Assembly: GCA_043228905.1 (NCBI GenBank)
Contig: JBHGNT010000022.1
Coordinates: forward strand, 2,294,001-2,358,000
Length of the DNA stretch: 64,000 nucleotides
From: Azolla caroliniana
Taxonomy: Eukaryota; Plantae; Polypodiophyta
Direction of reading: 5' to 3'
Made by a program: the position numbers and the translations under genes. The notes beneath the pieces are model-generated. The model saw nothing but the letters and a program-made list of their open reading frames with translations. It was not told where the DNA came from and did no database searches. The stretch's first letter is position 1; the number at the start of each line of letters is the position of its first letter. Shown one piece after another: positions 26,183 to 38,354 of this stretch.

Positions 26183-29100
26183 TGTCGTAGTGTATTTTGT
26201 ACACTACGTGAAAAACTTATAAAGTACCAATTTAATAAATAGGAATAAATAGTAGAAAATATTAAAATTTATATAACATGCATAGGGCAAGATTCGAACC
26301 TTGCACCTCCATGTTAATAATGTAATGTCTTACCATTACACTAGCATTTTATTAGTGTTTAAAAGTAGATGTTCCATATAGAAACGTAAGTTCACCTAGG
26401 ATAAACTTTAGTTAAAAGAAAACGCATGCTAAAAGAAAAAGCTACACATGCACATCTAGCGTGCATGAACGCTATAGTTGATAAAAAAAACGCACAAGTT
26501 AGAAAAAGCATGATCACTTTAGATAAAGCATATAGTCTATCTATAGGAAAAGCATGGGGTCTATAGTTAGAGAAAAAGCATGGATTACTAAGACTTCCTC
26601 ATCACTACATAAGGATGGGGAGCACAATGTAATTGTGTGTGAAAAATATTTGGGAAATTGGATATATTTCCTAAAACACCAACAATCAATAAAATATACT
26701 CGTGGGATTCACGAAGTTTAAGATAATCTATCTCTTTCAATCTAAATTCATATTCTTATCTAAATATTGATTAATCGAATAAAATATACTCGTGGGATTC
26801 ACGAAGTTTAAGATAATCTATCTCTATCAATCTAAATACATATTCTTACATAGATATTAATCAATAAAATACATTATACTTGTGGGATTCACAAGTTTCT
26901 AATAATCTACTCATAATTATAATAGTCTCAAATTCTTCTTTCTCCTAGTCCAAAACCTCGGCGGTTCCCACCCGACTCACGCAACGATCCGGAGCCGAAA
27001 GGCACGACACAGTTGGTGAACCCGACGTGAAGGCGGGTGGCAAGGAGATGGAGAATCAACAAGAGGCGATGAACATGATGATGATGATGTTCGAGAGAAT
27101 GCTACAAGAACAACGCGAGATGTCGGAGATCACGACAGTAGTACAACGGCTCGTGCAACAGAACGGGCAATTCGATGGAAAGGACGTGTCACGCTATCTA
27201 CGTGACTACAAAATGGAGATGTTGCGATATGGTATCTCAGAAAGATTGCAAGTGTTATCTTTCAACCGGGTGGCTACGGATGAGCTTCAAGAGAGAATCC
27301 ACGAGATACGGCAACAAAGCCCGACGTGGGAGTCCTTTGAAGAAGCTATACGAGACACATATGACTATCTAAGACCGAAGCGGACGAGGACATGGTCCAC
27401 GAACGGCGGTCAACAGTGGGTGAAAAGCGGCCACCGACTACCACCGAAGGAGAGCTTGATGCGGAAGGGTTCGGAGATGCATGAAAAGTCGCAAGTCGAC
27501 ATTGAAGGGGAGCTTAAAACCGAACCAAAGTCAAGGCCAACAAAGGACGAGGAGGAGGAAGATCGAGGACGAAAGGGTATCCCCACACCGGTTCCAGAGA
27601 CTTCGGCGGTTGTGCCCGTGCACCAACGTGAGACCGGAGAGACGGAATGTGTCGGCGGAAAAGTGGAGGACCGGAAGGGCAACGAGGAAGACAAAGTAAA
27701 TGAGCATGAACGAAGGGATTCCTTCACCATTGTTTCGGAGACTTCGGTACTCGAGCCCGGGTGTCGACATAACACCGAAGATAAGGAAAGTGGCGGCAAC
27801 GAAACGAAGGTCGAAGCCGATGCATACGAAGGAGAGATAGCCAAGGAGAACATGGCTATGGGTGAAACAACGGAAGATGATAATACCGAGGATTCCTACC
27901 CACTAATTCTAGAGACTTCGGCGGTTGTGTCCGAGAACCAACGTGAGACCGGAGAGACGGGAGGTGGCAACAAGGAAGGTAAAGTCGGAAGCCGGTTCGG
28001 ATGGAAGATGATCCGTCTGAAATTCCGATGTAAACAAAAGCATGACAACGCGAAGGTCGGGTCTACGATGGGAGAAGCATGTAATACGGAGCACGCACTA
28101 CGGCACCAAAAGAAGCACGTGCTACGGCGTAAAGAGAAGCACACGCTACGGCGCAAAAACGAGCACGCGCTACGGTGCAAAAATAAGCATGCACTACGGG
28201 GTAATACGACGCATGCACTACAATGGAATACGAAGCATGCGCTACGGCCTAATACGACGCATGCACAACATCGAGAAATAAAGCATGCATTAAATCCGCA
28301 CAAGGACCTAACAGCGAGCGCGTATTCGGAGGTCGACATCGACGCGTGGGTAGAACCTACAGAAGACAAGCGCGGAGTGGAGAGAGACAACACACCGAGA
28401 TGCTCAAGAGTACCACAAGGGACCATGACAACCACTCATGGCAATGCAAAGAATGAACGAAGATTATGGTGGATCGGATGGCGACAATGGTTCGGGTGGA
28501 AAGATTGGATGTGCTCAAAATGGAGAGACAAAGCCGACATAGCAAGAGAAATGGAGGGTACTACAAGTAAAGATGAATTACGAGGGCCGGTAATTGGAGA
28601 CTGGATAGAGCCTGCAACCGAACAAAACTGGAAACCGGGCGAAGTCGACAACCAAAAACCGGAGACCGAATGGGGCCGACAACCAAAAATGACCAGCGAC
28701 GAAACCAACCATGCGGAGAATGGACGGACGAGACTAACAATCACCGACAACTTCGGCACATACCGGAGGATGTGCGGGTTCGGAGGGGGCGAGTGTCGTA
28801 GTGTATTTTGTACACTACGTGAAAAACTTATAAAGTACCAATTTAATAAATAGGAATAAATAGTAGAAAATATTAAAATTTATATAACATGCATAGGGCA
28901 AGATTCGAACCTTGCACCTCCATGTTAATAATGTAATGTCTTACCATTACACTAGCATTTTATTAGTGTTTAAAAGTAGATGTTCCATATAGAAACGTAA
29001 GTTCACCTAGGATAAACTTTAGTTAAAAGAAAACGCATGCTAAAAGAAAAAGCTACACATGCACATCTAGCGTGCATGAACGCTATAGTTGATAAAAAAA

Positions 29101-29645
29101 ACGCACAAGTTAGAAAAAGCATGATCACTTTAGATAAAGCATATAGTCTATCTATAGGAAAAGCATGGGGTCTATAGTTAGAGAAAAAGCATGGATTACT
29201 AAGACTTCCTCATCACTACATAAGGATGGGGAGCACAATGTAATTGTGTGTGAAAAATATTTGGGAAATTGGATATATTTCCTAAAACACCAACAATCAA
29301 TAAAATATACTCGTGGGATTCACGAAGTTTAAGATAATCTATCTCTTTCAATCTAAATTCATATTCTTACATAAATATTGATTAATGTAATACTTGTGGG
29401 ATTCACAAGGTTTGATCTCTTTTCTCAATCTACTCTAATCTATTCTAAATTATTTCAATTTATTACTACGATTTAGATAAACCAAAACAATTATACTTGT
29501 GGGATTCACAAGTTTCTATATCTCTTTCTTATAATCTATTCATATTCATAACTAGATTAGCCTCAAATTCTTCCTCCTCCTAGTCCAAAACCCCGGCGGT
29601 TCCCACCCGACTCACGCAAACGATCCGGAGCCGAAAGGCACGACA
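26183..29645 (+). mobile_element. Young non-autonomous Gypsy-type LTR element lacking pol
   Basis: LTRs 26183-27009 and 28794-29645 related to 1919-2647; Trp PBS at 27014-27031; PPT-like GGAGGGGGCGAG; perfect TSD GCGT. Confidence 0.95.
27048..28853 (+). CDS. Gag-N-terminus fusion protein (~600 aa) with internal repeats and a Trp-rich motif
   Basis: Uninterrupted ORF. The first ~110 aa are homologous to gag at 2686, followed by ETSAVV..QRETGET repeats, (K/T)HALR repeats and RLWWIGWRQWFGWKDW. The stop lies inside the 3' LTR. Confidence 0.75.
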   Translation: MENQQEAMNMMMMMFERMLQEQREMSEITTVVQRLVQQNGQFDGKDVSRYLRDYKMEMLRYGISERLQVLSFNRVATDELQERIHEIRQQSPTWESFEEAIRDTYDYLRPKRTRTWSTNGGQQWVKSGHRLPPKESLMRKGSEMHEKSQVDIEGELKTEPKSRPTKDEEEEDRGRKGIPTPVPETSAVVPVHQRETGETECVGGKVEDRKGNEEDKVNEHERRDSFTIVSETSVLEPGCRHNTEDKESGGNETKVEADAYEGEIAKENMAMGETTEDDNTEDSYPLILETSAVVSENQRETGETGGGNKEGKVGSRFGWKMIRLKFRCKQKHDNAKVGSTMGEACNTEHALRHQKKHVLRRKEKHTLRRKNEHALRCKNKHALRGNTTHALQWNTKHALRPNTTHAQHREIKHALNPHKDLTASAYSEVDIDAWVEPTEDKRGVERDNTPRCSRVPQGTMTTTHGNAKNERRLWWIGWRQWFGWKDWMCSKWRDKADIAREMEGTTSKDELRGPVIGDWIEPATEQNWKPGEVDNQKPETEWGRQPKMTSDETNHAENGRTRLTITDNFGTYRRMCGFGGGECRSVFCTLREKLIKYQFNK

Positions 29646-30560
29646 GCGTGTATATATATGTAGTACATATATGTAACTTGTTTGTAAGTATGAAGATTTG
29701 TATAGATATAGTATGTAATATTAGGTATTAATATGTATGTGTATGTGTATATATATAATATGTAATTTATTTTTTTGTATGTATTATGTATATATGTATG
29801 TTAATATATATATGGTTGATTCTAATATGTATGTAGTATGTAATGCATGTATGTATGTGTATGTACATATTTATATATAGTAATATATATTTGTACATAT
29901 ATTTAGTCAATTTGCATGTATAAATGGGGGGTGGGGGGTTAAACGAATACTTAACTACCCATTCGTATTCGTATTCGTTTGCATTCAAATGGGAAACCCC
30001 ACGAATGTGAATATTTCAATCTATGTATGTAATATATAAAATATGTTTGTAAGAATGTGTATGTAAATATGTAATATTAATTTTATGTATGTATTATGTA
30101 TATGTGTATGCCAATATATATGGCTGATTCTAATATCTATGTAGTATATATTGTATGTATGTATCTACATATTTATATATGGTAATATATATTTGTACAT
30201 ATATTTATGTTTAATCAAAATGCATGTATAAATGGGTGTAATGTATATATATGCATATTTATGGATGTAATGTTTGAATGTAGGTATATATGGATGCATG
30301 AATGTATATGTATGTATGCTACTCCAAATTTGAGTATTGTTTGCATAATATATTCTTTACTATCTCATTAAAATATCTAATATTTCATGGGCTTATGTAA
30401 AAAAAATTCTAGCATAATTGATAATACCCTTATGTAAATATATTTTCAAATCTTTATTAATACCCTTATATATATATATTCTGTATCTCACTGATTAATT
30501 TAAACCCCTTTTGATGAACTCATGTGCTATCATACAAGTTTTGACAGTGAAGCCCCCTGG

Positions 30561-33500
30561 GCAATCTGCACGTGGTTGGGCCGATGGGAGTCTCATTTTG
30601 AGCTCTATCCCATGCCAGATAGTACGAAGATTGCATATGTTAGCCGAGAATTAGGGGGTAAGGCCGCCTGCTGGCATGGGCTCCGAACATTGGGGAGATT
30701 GCCCAATACTTGGACAGATTTTGTCACAATTTTTAAGGGCCAGTTTCTACAACCTCCCTCTTGAACCGAGGTGGCACAAGCTTTAATGAACCTCTCTAGC
30801 AGGAAGTTTTCCTCGCTAGAAGACTATGCCCACCATGCTAGAACCCAAATCCAAAAATCGGGTCTAGAAGGGGACAATTGGTTAATAGCTTGTTTTGTCA
30901 ATGGCATCCCCAATTTAGACTATCATTGGATAGTGCACGATAAGGATCCAAAATCCTTCGAAGAGGCTGTTGAAATAGTTCTCTGTCAACGCACTTTGAA
31001 GAAGGACGATAACAAACCCAACGAAGCCCGAGACTAAGCAGTCGCAATTCACTGGGAAACGCAAGACACCAACGAATTCATGGATCGTGATTGTAAGCAA
31101 CAACATCCTTAAAAGGGTCATACGAAAGAACAATGTCGAAAGCTCCAACGGAAAGAGCATGACAACAAAGCAAAAGTTGCAGACCAGAAAGGTCAAATTC
31201 CTAATGTCCTTGAGGTCTATACACATCATTTAAGTAATTGTCCATGTTCTTTCCCTCAATATGTATTGGGACCCAATGATTTACTATGTGCAAAGGGGTA
31301 TGTCAATGGATCTCCCATACAATTTTTATTTGATTTGGGAAGCTCACACAATTTTGTGAATGATCGTTTGGTTCAAGTATGGGGAATCCAACCCATCGTA
31401 AGTGATCACAACTTTAGGGTGCACTTGGCTCATGGAATAGTACAATACATCAAGGGGACGATTCATTCATTAGGAATTTCTATTGATACTTATGTAGAGG
31501 AAGTAGACTTCCATGTAATGAATCTTTGTACCACTGATGTAATATTGGGTTATCCCTGGTTTTATAATAAAAACTCTTCCTTGTCTATTGATTGGGTTCG
31601 TCATTCCATTTCTTTTGTACTAAACAATTGTACTCATTTTATTCAATGTGTAAATAGATAATCCCTTTCGATTGTTTCCTCTCCATCAATATCTGAGTTG
31701 TCTTGTTCTTCTTTATTTTATTGTGTACTTGATCCAAACATTCACGTTATAATATTGATAACGTCTCAGGTCAATTGACATATTTTGAACAACAACAACT
31801 CGATAAAATCTTAAATGATTTTCATGATGTTTTTTTGAGTGAACTACCACATGGGTTACCTCCTAAACGTATTATAGACCATAGTATAGATATTGTACCT
31901 GGCGTTGCACCAATAAGTATACCTCCTTATCGCTTAAGTCGATCCGAAGAGGATGAGGTATCTAAGAAACTCAAGGACTATTTACGAATGGGTTATATAC
32001 GTTATAGTAAATCTCCATGGGGTGGACTTGTTCTCTTGGTAAAAAAGAAAGAGGGCAGATGGGGTATGTGTACTAATTACCGACGCTTGAATAAAGTGAT
32101 GATCAAGAATTAATATCCATTGCCACGGGTTGACAATCTAATTGACCGTCTCTAGGGAGCTCGGTATTTTACGAAACTTGATCTCCGTACGGGGTACCAT
32201 CAAATTCGTATAAGTGAGGATAATGTTCCTAAAATGACATTTCATACACGTTATGGCCATTATTAGTTTTTGGTTATGCCTTTTAGTTTGACCAATGCTC
32301 CGGCCACATTTCAACAAGAAATGAATGACATTTTCCGAGAACAACTTGGAAAATTTGTCGTTATTTTCTTGGATGATATTCTAGTTTATAGTTGTACATT
32401 AGAAGAACATGCTAAACATGTTTGCTTTGTTTTACAAACATTGCACGACAAACAATTCAATGCGAAGATCTTAAAATGCGAGTTGTCCAAGAAATCAATT
32501 ACTTATCTTGGACATCTCATAACCGAATGAGGAGTTGAAATTGATCCTTCTTGCATTGAGAAAATCTACTCCCAATTGATGATGCCATTTACTGATATTC
32601 TAAAAGGTCAAACACGTTGTCGTAGTGTAATTTACACACTACGTGGAAATAACATTTTGTCCATCCGGATAGAGAATGAAATACCTGGTGAGAACCGGAC
32701 GAAGGAGGAATCGGCAAGGAAGAGCCGGATGAAGAAGGCCGGTGAGAGTCTCTTACGGGATGAAGAGACACAATTGTAAATAAAAGAAACATTAAAATTT
32801 CTGTTACATGCATAGGGCAAGATTCAAACCCTACACCTCCACGCAGACAAACTCCAACCTTACCATTATACTAAGTTATTCTAAGTGTTCTAAATATAGA
32901 TTTAATATGTATAAAACCTTTATTTTCGCCTACCTTTATTAAAAGGTAAGTCATGCATTTTTAGAATGCGTGAAAACTTTATTTATATGCACACTAATAA
33001 AATTATGCATGCACATCTAGTGGGCATGAATGCTAAATTTAGGAAATTGTAGTGGGAAAAGTAAAGCATGCAAATTTAGAGAGCATGAACACTTTAGAAA
33101 AGCAAGAAGCTATGCTTAGCCTCTTCTGTCCTTATATAAGGAGGAGAGAAAGATGTATAAGGGTTGGTTATTTTTGGATTAAGTATTGATCAATATAAAA
33201 ATTATTCGTGGGATTCACGATTTATGCATCTACTTCTTTCTTAACAACCTAAGTACCAATTAATATAGTATATTCGTGTGACTCACGAATTTCTTATGTT
33301 TCTCTTTGCTATCTACTCATAATTAATCTCTATCTCACGATCTCCTTTCTCCTAGTCCAAAACCCCAACGGTTCCCACCCGACTCACGTAACGATCCGAC
33401 GCCGAGAGGCATGACAATGTAAGTCTACAAAACATATTGTGTGGAATGCTACACTAGACCGCGCCTTTAAGGAACTCAAGGATCTACTGTGCAAGGTTCC

Positions 33501-35365
33501 TTCGCTTCTTTTACCCGATCCTTCAAAACCTTTTGAAGTTGAAACCGATGCAAGCGATTATGCTATAGGTGTTGTCCTATATCAAGATGGTAAACCAATA
33601 GCATTCGCGAGTAAGAAACTTGATTCTGCTCAATGTCAGTATACGGTTCAAGAAAGGAATTATTTGCAGTTATACATGCGCTCAAAACATGGCGCCATTA
33701 TCTTTATGGAAATCGTTTTGTGGTAACTACAGACCACGAGTCCTTGAAATATTTTTGTGATCAACAAGACCTGAAAGGTTGTAAGACATGATGGGCTGAT
33801 CTCATCCAGGACTTTGATTTTTCCATATGATATCATAAAGGTTCCATGAACATTGTCGCTGATGCACTAAGTCGCATCCGTGAAATTAACATGCTTAGCT
33901 TCATTGAAAGAACATCAGATCTTTATGATCACCTTCGAGGAAAGTATCCTGATGACAGTTATTTTGCAAAATACTGGGCAAGAGTTGAGTCTGGAACAGA
34001 CACCACCACATCCTCGAAGGAATCCTTCCACATTGCTAACGGTCTGCTCTACCGTAATGGGAAGGTTTGTATTCCAGATTTGCTTGAGGTGAAAAAGAGA
34101 ATTCTTTTTTAATGCCATGATGCACCCTTTGTGGGGCACCCTAGAATACATCATACACTTGTTCTCATCTCCACTCAATTCTATTGGCCTAAGATGTGTC
34201 CTAACATACATAGCTATGTGACTAAATGTCACCAATGTCAGGTTAACAAAGCCGAGCGACTCAAAACCGAAGGACTTTTACATCCCTTGGACATTCCCAA
34301 TAATAAGTGGGAAAGTATATCCATGGATTTTATTATTAGCCTTCCTCGCACCCAAAAAGGCCATGATGCCATCTGGGTTGTGGTTGATAGACTAACTAAA
34401 ATGGCCAGATTTATTGCTACTAAAACCATGATAACAGCTCTTGAATTGGCTTACCAATTCGTTGACGAGTTATTTCGTTTTTATGGGTTACTGATGGATA
34501 TCGTGAGTGATCGAGATCCAAAGTTTGCTAGTGACATCTGGACACGTTAGAAACTATGTTGAGCATGAGCTCCATGGATCATCCGCAATCCGATGGATAA
34601 ACAAAATGAGTAAATCAAATTATTGAGGACATGCTTCAAGCATACATTGGTGCAAAACAAACAAAACGAGAATGTTATCTCCCAATTTTGGAGTTTGCTT
34701 ATAACAGCTCCAAGCATACGTCGACGAGATATAGTCCTCTTATGTTGATGTATGGTTTTCAGCCATGAGCCCCTATTGATGTTAATATACATCATGATGA
34801 GTTGCGAAGTACGCAAAAATTTCTTTGGGATATGCAAGATATGTTGCATATTGCATGAGATAATATAAAAACAGCTCAAGATAGAGCGCGTTTTTACGCC
34901 GATCATAATAGGCAACCTTGTGTATTCAATCCTAGACAAAAGGTATTTTTACATGTACCTCACAATTCTAAGACATTGTCTATGGGTAAGTGCACTAAGT
35001 TAGCCCCACGGTTTTGTGGACCTTTTCAAGTCCTCAAACGCATTGGTTCATCAGCCTATTGTCTGACTCTTCTTGATGGCGTCGAAATTCATCTAGATTT
35101 TCATGTAAGTCGTCTAAAAGAACTTCTAGGTTCTGGCGACAATACAGTTAGAACTGAAACTCTGGTTACTTCTGAAGAATTATCTTCTAAACCACATGTA
35201 CCAGAAAGAATTCTCGATGTTAAAACAAAAAACCTGTGTACTAAAATAATCTGAGAATTTAAAATTAAATGGATGGATAAATCTATCAAAGATGGCACAT
35301 GGGAACGCGAAAATACTCTTAGAACTAAATTCCCTAACTTTCCATTGCAAGAGTGCAATGTTTTA
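30561..35365 (+). pseudogene. Chromovirus gag (3' part)-PR-RT-RH-INT-chromodomain
   Basis: FDLGSSHNF, FLDDILVYS, ETDASDYAIG, WESISMDFI, and chromodomain-like PERILDVK...KIKW...TWE. Confidence 0.9.
32618..33416 (+). mobile_element. Solo LTR of the Trp-PBS Gypsy family
   Basis: TGTCGTAG...GCATGACA with TSD ACGT/ATGT, inserted in the chromovirus pol. Confidence 0.92.
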
Positions 35366-35908
35366 AAAAGGGGGAGTATCTTACGGTCATGACCATATGA
35401 TATCCCGCGGTAAAAATTTACCGTAGTATTCTATACACATGGATAAGTGTGAGAGTTAAATGAGAGTGTAAAGAAGGGGAGGATTACTTTTAATCCTCAG
35501 GATTGAGATAACCCGTTAAAGCAAGTGTGAACTTGCTTGGGGGCCTTGGGTATCGCTACAAATATGAGGCCTAGCTACCCTCATTTCATCATATCTTGAC
35601 TACGTTGAGACTCTAACATTGAGGTGGGTCAACTCTTGTAGCAAGCGCGCCAACACCAGGTACGACTCGACGCCACAATGGTGGTATGGGATGCCGATCG
35701 AGGCTCAAGTCCATCTCGATTCCTTCGCTCGGGGGTGGTCGGGTGGATCGACACCCTTCTTTCTCTCTCTCCTTTCTATCTATCTGTGTTTTATCCTTAT
35801 CATATGCTTAATTTAGATCATAACTCTAACAATTGGTATCCGAGGTTATGTTGCTAATGTTTCCTTTGTTTGTTTTTGTCTACTTTAGATCATAAGTCTA
35901 GCACTTTG

Positions 35909-36405
35909 TCAATATGGTAGCAAGTAATTAGCTACTCTACTAAAGTATGGTAGTAGCTAATTAGCTACCACTTAGCTAATTAGCTAATGTACTAAACTAT
36001 GGTAGTAGCTAATTAGCTACCACTTAGATAATTAGCTACTCAACTAAAGTATGGCAGTAGCTAATTAGCTATTGCAATAAACTATGGTTGTAGCTAATTA
36101 GCTACCATTTAGCTAATTAGCTATTGTACTAAACTATGGTTGTAGCTAATTAGCTACTCAGCTAAAGTATGGTAGTAGCTAATTAGCTATTGTACTAAAC
36201 TATAGTAGTAGCTAATTAGCGACCACTTAGCTAATTAGCTACTCAGCTAAAGCATGGTAGTAGCTAATTAACTACCACTTAGCTAATTAGCTACTCAACT
36301 AAAGTATGGTAGTAGCTAATTAGCTACTGTACTAAACTATGGTAGTAGCTAATTAGCTACTCAACTAAAGTGCAGTAGTAGCTAATTAGCTACCACTTAG
36401 CTAAT
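35909..36405. repeat. TAGCTAATTAGCTA array, right part
   Basis: Regular GTAGTAGCTAATTAGCTAC units. Confidence 0.92.
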
Positions 36406-36508
36406 TGTGAAAGTTAGCGTGCGAAAGCGTTCGACAAACCGACTCAACCGGATAGCAACAGAAAATGAGAAAAGGTTTCATGGAGAACTTAACACAAAGA
36501 ATACGCAT

Positions 36509-36547
<39 letters not shown>

Positions 36548-36550
<3 letters not shown>

Positions 36551-36625
36551 TGTAGCTCAATTGGTAAGGTTGCCCAATGGAGACCAAGTGGTCATGGGTT
36601 AAACCCCTACATTCCACAGTGGCAT
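36548..36625 (+). other. tRNA-derived/SINE-like segment after a (GA)n tract within the Copia LTR
   Basis: A-box TAGCTCAATTGG and degenerate B-box GGGTTAAACCCC at tRNA-like spacing. Confidence 0.5.
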
Positions 36626-38056
36626 CTAGTGAAATAGAGATATATATGAAATATATAATAGAGAGGTGAGGAAATTGGGTTTCAAAACCAAGACAAGGCC
36701 AAGACATAGTGCTTGTAGTGTTATCGACTTACCACTAGGGTAAGCTAATTACGATAAAGAAAATAGAGAGAGAGAGAGAGTAGAACATAAACTTAATTCA
36801 AAATAACACTTAGAAACTTTGTGTACATAGAATGTGCTCAGTGAGCACTTTTATACAAGTCCATAAAGGATTGACAGAAGTACTGACAGGTACTTCAATA
36901 TTCCTACGTGCGACTGACACTAACTATGAGACAATGATTACCTAGTAGTCTAGGCTAGTACTAGGCTTCCGGTTTGCACTTGAATCCAGCTCTATGATCC
37001 GTCTCCCCGATCTGGCCGGTTGTATCCGGATACCGATCTGGCTCATCCTTTCGGATATCATCCAGATACCGATCCAGCTCTTTGATCCGGATACCAATCC
37101 GGCTCTGGCTTATTTAGCCGATCCGGATCCAGTTGAACTTGCTCGCTCAACGCTCGCCCTTAAGCTCAACTTGAGGTTGGATTGTGGTGTCAGTGTCTGT
37201 AGTAGCCGGTCCTTTCCTTCGGCTCCTTCTGTGTCCTCCCGCCTTGCTCGCGCTCCTCGTCCGGTCCGGTTCCGCTTCCCACGACCTGTCCGATACTGCG
37301 CACCTCGATCTCCTTGGCCGGCTTGTCTGCTCAACAGGCCCATATCAGCTCCTTTGCTGTTATGACTACGACGCTTGTCGATCTATCAGTTTCTCCGTGT
37401 CGGTGTCGACTTCCACTGCCTTCTTGTCCGGTTGGCCTTTAGTTGATCCGGCTTCCCCGAATCTTGAACCAGCTCTTGTCCGAGTCGGTGATCTCCAACT
37501 CGCTTCTTGATTTCAGGCTCTTCACCACATCAGACCATGTTCAGGTCTTGGCCTTCTCCTTCCGGTTGGCTTTGTCCTTCTTGACTTTGCCTCCGCCGCC
37601 ACTCGTTCCGACTTGTTCGGATGTGCCGACTCCCATCGTCAACTCAACCCCCTTTTTCCTCTAGTCTCCCCCTTTGCTGGTTCTTTCTTCCTCTTTGGCT
37701 CCTTGTCTAGTGCCTTCCGTTCCCTTTCCTATTCTCCCCCTCAAGTGCGGCACATTGAGATGTTGAATGTCGAGCATCTCCGAAAAGTGTTGCAACTTGT
37801 CCAATCCGAGCGGCTTGGTGAAGATGTTGGCAACTTGTCGATCTGTGTGAACATACCGAAGTTCAACTTCACCGCTCAGGACTTGCTCACAAAACAAAGT
37901 GATAATGCACTTCGATGTGCTTTGTCCAAGCATGGAATACAGGGTCTTGTCAAGTTGGATGCTGCTCATGTTGTCACAGTGGATCGGGATCGGGGTCAAC
38001 ACCTCGATCCGGAGGTCACGCAACAATTGCCGAAGCCAGATGGCATCACAAGTGGT

Positions 38057-38354
38057 TGTTGGCATAAAAGGCCGACTCCTTCCAAGTTGTATCCATCCGA
38101 GTGTGAACTCATGAATAAGTTAGGGCTTAGTATATAAGCGAATACCTAACATTGTATAGAGTGACGAGTGATACAGAGATGAAGCGTCTGTGTATTGTAT
38201 CTCTGAGAGAGATTGAGAACGAAGCAATAAAGCTTTCCATTAGAGCTTGCACTGTGTAAGTCCATGCCTATTCTACTTTCTGTGTACGTTGTTTGCTGTT
38301 CAGAACCAACAATAGATCCATACACATTTCCGCAAATCGCACTTGTTACCAACA
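38057..38354. mobile_element. 298-bp solo LTR inserted in the Copia RNase H
   Basis: TGTTGG...CCAACA termini, TSD GTGGT/GTGGC. Confidence 0.85.

Larger units (their letters stand above)
19811..30560. mobile_element. Non-autonomous Pack-type TIR element (8-bp TSD, hAT-like) carrying host gene fragments
   Basis: TSD GCAATCTG at 19803-19810 and 30561-30568; imperfect 17-bp TIRs CCCGGGGGCTCCACTAT / ACAGTGAAGCCCCCTGG; excision restores gag ...TEEAICTWLGRWESHFE. Confidence 0.8.
17464..35903 (+). mobile_element. Chromovirus Gypsy LTR retrotransposon, degenerate, with nested insertions
   Basis: LTRs 17464-17842 and 35379-35831; iMet-type PBS TGGTATCCGAGC (17845-17856); PPT AAAAAGGGGGAG; TSD CTTTG at 17459-17463 and 35904-35908. 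Confidence 0.92.

Noticed and set aside
26279-26346. Bona fide tRNA gene
   Set aside because: No proper acceptor or anticodon stems; only the A/B boxes and a T-like arm are present.
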